Shown: piece by piece, positions 20,245-29,778 of the stretch
Layout: the number at the start of each line of letters is the position of its first letter
How positions within the stretch are numbered: position 1 is the first letter of the stretch
Assembly: GCA_947623595.1 (NCBI GenBank)
Contig: CANQHC010000006.1
Location: forward strand, 1,005 to 65,004
Direction of reading: 5' to 3'
Source: an uncultured Clostridia bacterium
Lineage (GTDB): Bacteria; Bacillota; Clostridia; TANB77; CAG-508
DNA length: 64,000 bases
Program-made: the position numbers and the translations under genes
Notes under the pieces: model-generated
Told to the model about the DNA's origin: nothing
What the model saw: only the letters and a program-made list of their open reading frames with translations
The model's database searches: none

Positions 20245-21633
20245 TTGGCTAATATAGAAGAATTAAAACAATATAAAAATATACATATGATAGGAATTGG
20301 CGGAGTTAGTATGAGCGGTATAGCAGAAATTTTAAAGTTCTGGGGTTTTCATGTTACAGGTTCTGATTCTACTGCTTCGGAAACAACTCAAAGATTAATA
20401 AATAAAGGTATTCCAGTTATTATCGGACATGATTTAACTAATTTAATGAATGCTGATGTAGTCATTTATAGTGCTGCAATTAGAAAGGATGATATAGAGC
20501 TTGTAAAAGCAAAACAACTTAATATCCCAACTATTGACCGTGGTACCTTTTTAGGAAAAATTACAAAAGCTTTTCGTAACAGCATATGTGTTTCAGGTAC
20601 ACATGGAAAAACTACAACTACTTCAATGATTTCTGTTTGCTTCTTAGAAGCTCATAAAGATCCATCTATTCAAGTTGGGGCTTATTTGAATTCAATTGAA
20701 GGTAATTATCGTATTGGAAATAGTGAGTACTTTATTATTGAAGCTTGTGAATATGTAGATAGTTATTTAAAACTATTTCCAAAAACAGAGGTTATTTTAA
20801 ATATTGATAATGATCATTTAGATTATTTTGGAAATTTAGAAAATATAGTTGCTTCTTTCGATAATTATGTTGAACTATTACCAGAACAAGGTTTATTAGT
20901 TTTTAATTGGGATGATCCTAATTGCCGAAAAGTTGCAAAAGATGCAAAATGTAAAGTTGTTAGCTTTGGAATTGAAAATGATAATGCTAATTTTGTTGCT
21001 AGAAATATTTCTTTTAATAAAAATGGTTTTCCTTGTTTTGATGTATATTATAATAATTATTTTTACAAAACCATTGAATTATCTATTCCTGGAAAACATA
21101 ATGTTTTGAATGCTTTAGCCTGCATTGCTACTTGTCATGAATATGGAATTGAAAAAGAAGATATGAAAAATGCACTACTTAAATACACTGGTGCACATAG
21201 AAGATTTGAATATGTTGGTTCTTTTAATCAAGGAGTTAGTGTTTATGATGATTATGGACATCACCCAACAGAAATTTTAGCTACTAGCCAGGCATTAATG
21301 AAAAAACACTATAGACAATCTTGGGTAGTTTTTCAACCTCATACTTATAGTAGAACTAAAAATTTATTAGATGACTTTGCTAAATCTCTTCTTGACTTTG
21401 ATCATGTAATTGTTACAGACATATATGCTGCAAGAGAAGATAATACTTATAACATTTCTTCTCAAGATTTAGTAAATAAACTTCGTTATTATCAAAAAAA
21501 TGCACTTTATATAAAAGATTTTAATGAAATTACTAGATATTTAAAAGATCATACTATTAAAGACGATATTGTATTAACTCTTGGTGCTGGTACTGTTACT
21601 AATATAGGCCCAATGCTTGTAACAGATCCTTAA
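20245..21633 (+). CDS. murC: UDP-N-acetylmuramate--L-alanine ligase
   Basis: ..IHMIGIGGVSMSGIAEIL.. ..VSGTHGKTTTTSMI.. Mur ligase motifs. TTG start after AAAGGAG. Confidence 0.95.
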   Translation: MANIEELKQYKNIHMIGIGGVSMSGIAEILKFWGFHVTGSDSTASETTQRLINKGIPVIIGHDLTNLMNADVVIYSAAIRKDDIELVKAKQLNIPTIDRGTFLGKITKAFRNSICVSGTHGKTTTTSMISVCFLEAHKDPSIQVGAYLNSIEGNYRIGNSEYFIIEACEYVDSYLKLFPKTEVILNIDNDHLDYFGNLENIVASFDNYVELLPEQGLLVFNWDDPNCRKVAKDAKCKVVSFGIENDNANFVARNISFNKNGFPCFDVYYNNYFYKTIELSIPGKHNVLNALACIATCHEYGIEKEDMKNALLKYTGAHRRFEYVGSFNQGVSVYDDYGHHPTEILATSQALMKKHYRQSWVVFQPHTYSRTKNLLDDFAKSLLDFDHVIVTDIYAAREDNTYNISSQDLVNKLRYYQKNALYIKDFNEITRYLKDHTIKDDIVLTLGAGTVTNIGPMLVTDP

Positions 21634-21662
21634 AATATTTTTATATTGTTTATATTTAACGC

Positions 21663-21702
21663 AAAAAATCCTAATTAAATTTTATTTTAATTAGGATTTT
21701 TT
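21663..21702. terminator. Bidirectional terminator between murC and the convergent gene
   Basis: AAAAAATCCTAATTAAA-loop-TTAATTAGGATTTTTT. Confidence 0.8.
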
Positions 21703-21780
21703 ATGAATTTCATTTTTGAAATTTTAAATATTTACTATTTTATTTTTATAATATCTATAAAATTTCTAAAGCGTTTCTTA

Positions 21781-22950
21781 TTATCTATGATCTGTTACAG
21801 ATAAAGTTGGATACTTAAATTCCATACTATTATCAGACATTGCTCCATCTTCTTTGTGGTTTGCAAAAAATGTTTGTGAGCCTTTTAAAAAGTAGCGATA
21901 TCTTATTTCTTCACCTGGCTCTCCATCTCCTCTAATAATTGGATCATCCCATGTTACATCAACTGCATACCATTCATTATCTATTTGTACATAATTCCAA
22001 GCATGCGATTCTGTTTTTCCTTCTGAATTGGTAGCTGTACCTGAAACTAAAACACAAGGAACTCCCACTTTTTCCATTAAATATTTATAAGCCCTAGCAT
22101 ATCCTTCACATACTGCTTTTCCATCATGTAATGCTCCATAAATGTGATATTCGTTTTCAGCTTTTCCTGTTGCATCATATTCAATACTAGCCACTAACCA
22201 GTCATGAATTTTTTTGGCTTTTTCTTGAGCATTGTCATCTTTTGTTTGCTCAATTACTTGCTTTGCAATATTTTGCAAATAACTTTCAGCTTGAACAACT
22301 TGAGTTTCCTCTTTAAAACTATCTTTAAAATAATTAGGATTACTTCCAGAATCAATTGAAACATAGTAAGTAGTAATTGAACCTATTGATCTATATTCTT
22401 TTACTAATGTAATTTTATTTATATCAATGTAAAACAAATCTGGCTCATCATACGAAAAAGCATTCCAAGCTGACTGAAAGGCCTCATTTAGTTCTTTTTC
22501 CCCATTCTCACTATGAAGAAGCTGATTAAACCTAGTTCCATAATCAATTTTGTGATTTCCCTTTCTTAGCTTTTCTTTATTAGCCTTTAAGCTGTCATAT
22601 ATTGCTTTACCTGTACTATTTAATTGATTATAGTAATATGAGTTAGAAATAAGTTCACTGACTTCAGCAACATTACTGTCGTTATTAGTAATATTTAAGC
22701 CTGGTTCATAAATTGGAGAACTATTTTCAATAGTATTTTCTATTTTATTAATAGTTTGTAAATTTGGCTCTTTTATTTGAGTATTTGTATCTACTTGCCC
22801 CATCTGTGTGCTAACAACCGGATTGTCTACAACTAATTCTTCAGGACATAAAAATGTATTATATACAAGGTACCCCAATATTCCGGCTAACCCAATTAAT
22901 ATTATTATTATCAAAAACTTTAATAAAAAATTTCCTTTTTCAGATTTCAT
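21781..22950 (-). CDS. Membrane-anchored transglutaminase-like protein
   Basis: N-terminal TM helix. The C-terminus ..GKAVCEGYARAYKYLMEKVGVPCVLVSG..SHAWNYVQIDNEWYAVDVTWDD.. matches the transglutaminase-core Cys/His/Asp pattern. Confidence 0.75.
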   Translation of the reverse strand: MKSEKGNFLLKFLIIIILIGLAGILGYLVYNTFLCPEELVVDNPVVSTQMGQVDTNTQIKEPNLQTINKIENTIENSSPIYEPGLNITNNDSNVAEVSELISNSYYYNQLNSTGKAIYDSLKANKEKLRKGNHKIDYGTRFNQLLHSENGEKELNEAFQSAWNAFSYDEPDLFYIDINKITLVKEYRSIGSITTYYVSIDSGSNPNYFKDSFKEETQVVQAESYLQNIAKQVIEQTKDDNAQEKAKKIHDWLVASIEYDATGKAENEYHIYGALHDGKAVCEGYARAYKYLMEKVGVPCVLVSGTATNSEGKTESHAWNYVQIDNEWYAVDVTWDDPIIRGDGEPGEEIRYRYFLKGSQTFFANHKEDGAMSDNSMEFKYPTLSVTDHR

Positions 22951-22984
22951 CTTACATTCCCCACATTTTATTTTCTTTTTGTAA

Positions 22985-24202
22985 TTAATTTACTTCTTTC
23001 ATTTGTTTTAACATAATATCTGCAAAAACTCCATACCCCATGGTTGGATCATTTACTAATACATGAGTTATAGCTCCCACAAATTTTCCATTTTGAATTA
23101 TTGGTGCTCCACTCATTCCTTGTATGATTCCCCCTGTTTTTTGTAATAATTCTTCGTCTGTAACCTTTATTAGCATACTTTTATTGTCCTCATTATTTTG
23201 TAAAAATATTTTCTGAATCTCAATATCATAATATTTACGTTTTCCATTTTCTAGTTCACAAATTATCTGAGCCCTTCCTGTTTTTATTTCTTCCCTTAAA
23301 CAAACTTCCATTTGCTTTTCAGTAGAAATATTTAAGTATGAAGGTTTATTTAAGGAACCAAAGACTCCGAATTCAGTATTCTTTGAAATTTCACCAATAG
23401 TATAACCTGATTCAACAGTTCCTTTAATTTCACCAGGACTTCCTCTTTGCCCTTTGGTTATAGATAATATATTTGTTGTTACAAGTTCACCGTTTTCTAT
23501 TTTTATCAGCTGTGAAGTATCTATATCTAGGATTCCATGCCCCAATGTAGCAAACATATTAGAAGATGGTTCATAAAATGTAAGTGTACCTACTCCTGCA
23601 GCTGCATCCCTTACCCAAAGACCTAATTTGTATTGATTATCTGCATTTTTTATTGGCGTAATGCTTGTAGTAATTGTTTTTTCATTACGAATATACTTTA
23701 TAGAGATTGAATTACCATTACTTTGATTAACTTCTTGCATTAAATCTTCTGTTGTATCTATTGTATTTTGGTTAATTTGAATAATTCTATCTCCTTCTTT
23801 AATTCCCGTATTTTCATATGGTTTCTTTCCTTCTATTTCTGACATACCTACTACTAAAACTCCATCAGTATATAATTTCATTCCAATAGCAGATCCGATA
23901 GGAACTACAGTTGTTTTTGGAATAACATTTACACTAATATCTTTTACAGGAAATAATTTAAGTACACTTAAATTAAAATCAATTTTTCCTACTTCATTTA
24001 TTCTTGTTTGATTTGCATTACTAATCGTTTGCAATGCAGATGCTTTATTTTTTTCTTGCAAAAAAAGGCCAACTAATGTATAAACATTTAATTTTTCGCC
24101 TTGCATTATAATATAGCTATTTGGCAATAATGTAATATTACATACATAAATATACAATAATAATAAGAAAAATACAATAATAACTTTTTTGAATTTTCCC
24201 AT
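22985..24202 (-). CDS. spoIVB: SpoIVB peptidase (S55)
   Basis: N-terminal TM helix, PDZ-like ..GIKEGDRIIQINQNTI.., and protease part ..GTLTFYEPSSNMFATLGHGI.. ..IIQGMSGAPIIQNGKFVGAITHV... Confidence 0.85.
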   Translation of the reverse strand: MGKFKKVIIVFFLLLLYIYVCNITLLPNSYIIMQGEKLNVYTLVGLFLQEKNKASALQTISNANQTRINEVGKIDFNLSVLKLFPVKDISVNVIPKTTVVPIGSAIGMKLYTDGVLVVGMSEIEGKKPYENTGIKEGDRIIQINQNTIDTTEDLMQEVNQSNGNSISIKYIRNEKTITTSITPIKNADNQYKLGLWVRDAAAGVGTLTFYEPSSNMFATLGHGILDIDTSQLIKIENGELVTTNILSITKGQRGSPGEIKGTVESGYTIGEISKNTEFGVFGSLNKPSYLNISTEKQMEVCLREEIKTGRAQIICELENGKRKYYDIEIQKIFLQNNEDNKSMLIKVTDEELLQKTGGIIQGMSGAPIIQNGKFVGAITHVLVNDPTMGYGVFADIMLKQMKEVN

Positions 24203-24377
24203 TTCTGGTTCTCCTTTTGCATTTTGAATAGTAAATTATTGTACTTTTATAAATTATTGTTTCATTTTATACTATTCAAAATGCAATATAAAACATTTAA
24301 TTTCTATTTTATAGGATAACCATTTTTCATTTTTTTAAACATTTGCTAATCATTTGTTATAACTGCATCTACATTTG

Positions 24378-26276
24378 CTATTGATTTGTCATAAATGCAT
24401 CTACATTTGCTCTATATAAATCATATCTTTCCCTTGCTAAAGCATGTAAATATAAATTTCTAATAGCTTTTAGTCTTCTATCTTTATCTGATCCATTTGT
24501 TACATCTGCTACTTTTTCATCTTCCCATGTTATTTCATCCTTTCTCCATACTGAACCTTTAATAATTTGATCCGCTGGATACACAGATGCTGCATTAACC
24601 ATACAGTGATAACATGAAGTAATGTTCTTATTATTTCTTGTTTGTGGATAAAAATACCTATAATTTCCTTCTGAAACACGAACAGTTTGCCTTAAAAAGC
24701 TAATGTTAGAATATGCTTCTAATATATTTAGTTTCTTATTTTCCAATAATTCTGTACAACCTGGTAAATGATATTCTCTTTCTCCTGTATCTGCATTTTC
24801 TGTAATAATATAAATACATTCCTTATTTATATTTTCCTCATTAGAATTATTATTTATTACACAATAATTATTATAATATTTATGTCCAATTGGAATTCCT
24901 TGTAAAAAAGTAAGCATTGATATATTGTTAGTGATTTTATTCCAATCTTCCTCTGTTAACACAGGTAAAGCAAACTCATAATTTACACCTGTATAATCTT
25001 TAAATTCTGAAATAGCTGTTGTTAAATTTGTTTCGATAGACTTACGAATAACTGCTATACGATTTTCATCAAATGCTGATCCAAATAGTAATGGATCATT
25101 TGTATCTGATGGCACAAAAATATCTTCATCTTTTGTATCAGAATAATATTCTATTCTGTCACCATTTTGATTTATAACACAAAATTCTAAAGGATTTCCA
25201 TTTTCATCTATTGCATGACTCTGCTTTATGCCTTTTGTTAAGTCAGCTACTTGCTTACTAAATTTTGCAGCATTATTATAATATTCTAAGGCACTAGTAC
25301 TGTGCAAGTGCCCACCCCATGTTCTTTCCTGTAAATAATCATATATTTGTGTATTAGCGTAAGTATACTTTTTATTAGTAATATATGATTTTCCATAATT
25401 TTGATAAGTAAAATATGGTGATTGTCTAGTGTTACTTTCATTATAACTTGCCGCTTTTTCTTTATCATAATAAATTTTTTGTGCATTATATTCTACATAT
25501 TCATAATCATTTTGGTCATCTTCTAAGAAAGCTAAATGTTCAGTTAATACTTCAGGCTCAATCGTTTCACCATTATATGTTAGAGACCAACTTGATGGTG
25601 GACTTGATTCAAAATCACAATTAAAATGTACTGTGTTAAAATTGATCAAATACCCGGCTAAAGTTTTATAGCCATCACCATCTCCAAAGTCTCCGTATAA
25701 GGTAATTGCATTATCTAATGTATAATTAACTACAAAATCTTTATTTTCATTTTTATAACGACATGAGTAATAAATATATGGTTTTAATCCAAAATCAGTA
25801 GTTGCAATACCTATTCCATTTGTTTCATCTTCCTCTTCTTCTTCTTCTTCAGTTTCGATATCACTTCTTATATTTGGACTTCCATCTTTTATATCAGGTT
25901 TTCCATCTTTTACACTATAAACATTATCATATTTACTATAAATATAATATCCATCATATAATGTAAATACCACTGCTGGTGCATATGCCTGCAACTCTTC
26001 TACTGTTAATCTCTTACTATTACTCAAAGAATTATAAAAAGTCTTTACTGATGCTTCAATATCTCTAATTTTTGAATTGCTGACACTAGAATAACGGTTA
26101 TTTACAGTATTTAATTGGAATGCTTTTATAGCATCATAAGTAGCATCTATAAGTTTGGCGTCATAATCACTTTGCAATTCTATACTTTTCATTTGTGAAT
26201 CAATATAAGAAAACATTGTCATAGCAATTGGCAAAATAATAATGACAAAAATAACTGCAATATGTTGTATTTTCAT
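24378..26276 (-). CDS. Large N-terminally anchored protein of unknown function (last gene of the filament-like locus)
   Basis: 632 aa. N-terminal TM helix MKIQHIAVIFVIIILPIAMTMF, a poly-Glu tract (EEEEEEEDE), and C-terminal Cys motifs (..HLPGC.. ..SCYHC..). No family recognised. Confidence 0.6.
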   Translation of the reverse strand: MKIQHIAVIFVIIILPIAMTMFSYIDSQMKSIELQSDYDAKLIDATYDAIKAFQLNTVNNRYSSVSNSKIRDIEASVKTFYNSLSNSKRLTVEELQAYAPAVVFTLYDGYYIYSKYDNVYSVKDGKPDIKDGSPNIRSDIETEEEEEEEDETNGIGIATTDFGLKPYIYYSCRYKNENKDFVVNYTLDNAITLYGDFGDGDGYKTLAGYLINFNTVHFNCDFESSPPSSWSLTYNGETIEPEVLTEHLAFLEDDQNDYEYVEYNAQKIYYDKEKAASYNESNTRQSPYFTYQNYGKSYITNKKYTYANTQIYDYLQERTWGGHLHSTSALEYYNNAAKFSKQVADLTKGIKQSHAIDENGNPLEFCVINQNGDRIEYYSDTKDEDIFVPSDTNDPLLFGSAFDENRIAVIRKSIETNLTTAISEFKDYTGVNYEFALPVLTEEDWNKITNNISMLTFLQGIPIGHKYYNNYCVINNNSNEENINKECIYIITENADTGEREYHLPGCTELLENKKLNILEAYSNISFLRQTVRVSEGNYRYFYPQTRNNKNITSCYHCMVNAASVYPADQIIKGSVWRKDEITWEDEKVADVTNGSDKDRRLKAIRNLYLHALARERYDLYRANVDAFMTNQ

Positions 26277-26300
26277 ATTTTCTCCCTTTTTTATTCAATA

Positions 26301-26330
26301 AAATCAAAAAGGAAGTGGCTTTCCACTCCC
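26301..26330 (-). terminator. Possible intra-operon terminator/attenuator
   Basis: Minus strand reads GGAGTGG-AAAG-CCACTTCC followed by TTTTTGATTTT, 25 nt before the 24378-26276 start. Confidence 0.45.
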
Positions 26331-26397
26331 TATATTTTATGTTCAATAGGGATTTATTAAAAACCCCAAAAGCCTAAGCTTTTACTAAAAATTAATT

Positions 26398-26991
26398 TTA
26401 ATTATCAAAATTGCTTCCATTAACAGTAACTACTGCTGATTTTTGTCCTGCTATTTGATATGAATCAACCCCAGAGACTTGATAGAAGAAATTTCTTAAT
26501 AATTGAGCAATTGTTTGGTTAGTATTTCTAACTGTTACTGAAACCATATCCCCTTCTTTTAGTTTAATTCTTCCAGATTCAGTTAACTTACTTTCTATTT
26601 GACTAGTATATATATTATAATATACATTTTCTCCAATCTTAGTCATTTCAGCTTGTGTTACTTTGACTCCTGGGTTTTCATCTAATTGAAAAATTTCCAT
26701 TTCAATTTCAAATGAATTTCCAGTAGCATTTATTGTTTCTACATATTGTTCATATGCATCTAATGTAATTTTTCCTGTTGTTCTAATGTTATCAACGAAT
26801 TGATCTGTTGCTGACTGAACTGCTAGTTGAGAAACATCATCAGTTCTTTCAGATATAGACATAAGAGGAAATATGAACATTAATATTGCCCCTAAAGCTA
26901 TTGCTACTACTGTAATCAAACTGTCACCCAGCTCGCCTCTTTCTGAAGCAAGCATAGCTTTTAAATTAATTGATTTTACACCATCTTTCAT
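26398..26991 (-). CDS. TadE/minor-pilin-like N-terminally anchored protein
   Basis: ..SERGELGDSLITVVAIALGAILMFIFPL.., a charged segment followed by a hydrophobic helix, like TadE/DUF4320-type pseudopilins. C-terminal ..KLKEGDMVSVTVRN... Confidence 0.5.
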   Translation of the reverse strand: MKDGVKSINLKAMLASERGELGDSLITVVAIALGAILMFIFPLMSISERTDDVSQLAVQSATDQFVDNIRTTGKITLDAYEQYVETINATGNSFEIEMEIFQLDENPGVKVTQAEMTKIGENVYYNIYTSQIESKLTESGRIKLKEGDMVSVTVRNTNQTIAQLLRNFFYQVSGVDSYQIAGQKSAVVTVNGSNFDN

Positions 26992-27013
26992 AAGACATAC
27001 TCCCTTTCACTTA

Positions 27014-27793
27014 TTAATTTTGCAATTGGTATATTATAATTCTTTTCTTTCGATTTTTTATTAAATCATTTGAAGTCTTCTTTTGACTAGATGATGGATC
27101 TTCCTCATTTTCATCTTCTTCTAAAAGATTATATGTATACTCACCTAAAAACTCTTTAAATTTTCTATCACCATATTTTGCAATAAAACCACCTCTACTA
27201 CCTTTTTTTAAATAGTTGTTAGTATAGTTATATGCTTTTATTGAACCATCTTCATTTTTAGCCCCACTAGGATATTCAAATATTCCACCTTGTAAAAATT
27301 TATCTAAATTAGCTTTAAAGTCTGAATTTTTACCTTCCCATGGTTCATGTCTAGCTTGCTCTTCATCAACATCAAATGCACATACTGGATTGTCATCACT
27401 ATTATTTGCATAATATTTTCCAATTATTCCTGCATCATCATTCGTACCATCTTCATTTAAACCTTTTCCCCAATTATCTCTGTCTGTTTGACTATCATAT
27501 AATGGTAATGGTTTATATTTTCCATCTGCCTCTACAGCATCTAAAAACAGTACTGTATAATTTTCTTTATAATATTTATAAAGTGTTGGAATAATAGTTT
27601 CTAACCCAACTATTCTTTCGCTTTCATGGTCTATTGCTAATTGATAATCATAAAAATTCGTAAAATCAGTACTTGCTAAAACAGTAGTGGATACTTGATT
27701 TAATTGTGTAAACATTGTAATAGTTATTGTTAATGCCATAACAAATACAAATACAATAAAAGATAATTGTAAAGCATCGGCTGCACTCTCCAT
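27014..27793 (-). CDS. N-terminally anchored protein, pilin-like leader (MESAADAL...)
   Basis: MESAADALQLSFIVFVFVMALTITITMF.. followed by a 230-aa D/N/E-rich extracytoplasmic part. Confidence 0.5.
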   Translation of the reverse strand: MESAADALQLSFIVFVFVMALTITITMFTQLNQVSTTVLASTDFTNFYDYQLAIDHESERIVGLETIIPTLYKYYKENYTVLFLDAVEADGKYKPLPLYDSQTDRDNWGKGLNEDGTNDDAGIIGKYYANNSDDNPVCAFDVDEEQARHEPWEGKNSDFKANLDKFLQGGIFEYPSGAKNEDGSIKAYNYTNNYLKKGSRGGFIAKYGDRKFKEFLGEYTYNLLEEDENEEDPSSSQKKTSNDLIKNRKKRIIIYQLQN

Positions 27794-27846
27794 AAATATC
27801 CACCTCGCTTAAATTAAAAGTATTTTATAAATAAAAATTTATTTCA

Positions 27847-28314
27847 CTATGGATTGTCTACTTTATCATTAACAACTACACATTTAATTTTTCCTGATTT
27901 TGCATAAACAAATGTAACTGTATAAGTTCTTCCAGCTCTTATGCTTGATTTAATAGTTGTTAAAGCTGCTGAATCAACAGGATCATCTAACCCTTCATCA
28001 GTATTTGGTGAGCCAGAACCATGATCTGCAGAATTATCACTATTAAATATGAAACCTACTTGTTCTGAAGGGTCATCTACATTAATATTATTATGATTTC
28101 TAACAACATCAAGTAAGGCCCTAACTGCTGTACCTTTTTGTGTATCAGCATATGTTAAGAATTTGCTATTATATGCATTTGCTTGTTCTGAATCAAGATT
28201 TGCTCCTCCCATAGCATCTGCTGCTTGTTGGTATATAAACATACCTAAACCTATAATTAAAATTGATAATAAAATTGCACCTGCAATAATAAGTGCTTTT
28301 GACGCGTTTTCCAT
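27847..28314 (-). CDS. Pilin-like protein, MENAS family, short (candidate major subunit)
   Basis: MENASKALIIAGAILLSILIIGLGMFIY.. then ..NAYNSKFLTYAD... 155 aa; paralog of 28952-29557 and 29776-30543. Confidence 0.6.
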   Translation of the reverse strand: MENASKALIIAGAILLSILIIGLGMFIYQQAADAMGGANLDSEQANAYNSKFLTYADTQKGTAVRALLDVVRNHNNINVDDPSEQVGFIFNSDNSADHGSGSPNTDEGLDDPVDSAALTTIKSSIRAGRTYTVTFVYAKSGKIKCVVVNDKVDNP

Positions 28315-28428
28315 AAAATTTCCTCCTTAAAACTTTACTTTTGTAATTTTTTATTTTAATTAGATTTCTCTAATAATAAAATCAATATTAATTATTTTTT
28401 ATTTATTATGTTGTAAAATTATTAGAAA

Positions 28429-28863
28429 TTAAATTTGCTCAAAATATAAACTTTTTACATAATTTGTTTTTGGATGATAGTCTATTTTGGTACATTTAAA
28501 AGTAGCTGTTGCAAAATATTTAACAAATGCTTCAGATTCTTTTTCTGCTATTGCTTCCATTTGAACGCTTTCATCTTTTTCTAAAAATTTTACTGTAATG
28601 GCTATTGAATTTTCTTGATTATCTTCATAATAAATACTATTTTCTTTTTTAGGGACTCCATTTCTTACATTAGTATCCATTGCTTTATTTATAATACTAA
28701 TTAATGTTGTACCTAATATTGACTCTTGTCTATAAACATCTTCATACATTTTATTGTTTTTCTTTGCTAAGTTCTCTGAAGTTACAAAATTATATGCGTA
28801 ATAACCAGTGATTACAAGTATAATCAAAAAAATTGTAAACATAATAATTAGTGTTTTTTTCAT
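28429..28863 (-). CDS. N-terminally anchored hypothetical protein
   Basis: MKKTLIIMFTIFLIILVITGYYAYNF... Start at the ATG at 28863, 7 nt after AAGGAAGG. The longer track ORF would overlap the upstream gene. Confidence 0.55.
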   Translation of the reverse strand: MKKTLIIMFTIFLIILVITGYYAYNFVTSENLAKKNNKMYEDVYRQESILGTTLISIINKAMDTNVRNGVPKKENSIYYEDNQENSIAITVKFLEKDESVQMEAIAEKESEAFVKYFATATFKCTKIDYHPKTNYVKSLYFEQI

Positions 28864-28951
28864 TGCCATTCCTTCCTTTATTATATCATCATTGTATCTG
28901 AAATGTAAATATTTTTTTGTTAATTTTTGTAGAAATTTCTGGTTATTTGGG

Positions 28952-29557
28952 CTATTCATGACATTCACAAAAAGTAATACCATTTTCTCTAATACGATGT
29001 TCAAATTTCATATAGCAAACTCTTTTGGTTATATCACTAATTTCTAATCTTGTACATATATAATACTTTATTTTTCTTTCTGTTGTTCTATTTCCATGTA
29101 AATCTTCTTCAAAAGTTCCATCTTTTCTTCTTTTATATTCTTTATGTAAATCATTAGTTTGAATAAATTGTAGAATTTCTGCCTCACTCCATGTTTCTAA
29201 TGCTTTATCTTCTCCTTCTACATCTATTTGAACATATGCTGTTTTTGGATCATATTCTTCCATAATATCATATAACTCATTTGTAATATTGCTTTGCTTT
29301 GCTAAATTTGCTAAACTTGCAATATCATGCGCAGTACACAAGATTCTTTGACCTTCTGAAGATGTATTACTTGTATTACTTCCATAATATTTTAAAAATT
29401 GAGCATTAAATTGGTCTAATTTTGCATCTTCTATCCTATTATACATATCTGAACTAAAATTAGAAAAAGAGGTAAACATATAAACAATTAATGATAGTAG
29501 TAAAACTCCTAATAGTACACTTGCTGCCATAATTAAAGATCGTGAAGCATTTTCCAT
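28952..29557 (-). CDS. Pilin-like protein, MENAS family
   Basis: MENASRSLIMAASVLLGVLLLSLIVYMF.. ..LDQFNAQFLKYYG... 201 aa with a Cys-containing C-terminus. Confidence 0.6.
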   Translation of the reverse strand: MENASRSLIMAASVLLGVLLLSLIVYMFTSFSNFSSDMYNRIEDAKLDQFNAQFLKYYGSNTSNTSSEGQRILCTAHDIASLANLAKQSNITNELYDIMEEYDPKTAYVQIDVEGEDKALETWSEAEILQFIQTNDLHKEYKRRKDGTFEEDLHGNRTTERKIKYYICTRLEISDITKRVCYMKFEHRIRENGITFCECHE

Positions 29558-29646
29558 TTATTGTTCCCTCCTTTACCTCTTAATGCTTATATTTACTATT
29601 TTATCAAATAAGTACTTTTTACTTTTATATTCCTAACCTTTACATT

Positions 29647-29778
29647 CTTTTATTTTTATTTCTATATTTCTTTTATTTTATATTTCTTTTGTTTTATATT
29701 TCTTTTATTTCTATATTTCTTTTGTTTTATATTTCTTTTGTTTTATATTTCTTTTATTTTATATTTCCTTTATTTTTA
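29647..29778. repeat. AT-rich 16-17-nt tandem repeat, about 7 copies
   Basis: TATATTTCTTTT[A/G]TTT(C)TA units start at 29663, 29679, 29695, 29712, 29728, 29744 and 29760, lying between two MENAS genes. Confidence 0.9.

Noticed and set aside
25286-25486. 66-aa minus-strand ORF inside the 632-aa gene.
   Set aside because: It is an alternative frame wholly nested in a much longer ORF, with no independent signals.
29647-29778. The 16-17-nt repeat as a CRISPR array or a coding repeat.
   Set aside because: There are no spacers, and the period is not a multiple of 3. It lies in an intergenic gap with stops in the relevant frames. The track ORF 29689-29877 (+) is a low-complexity artefact.
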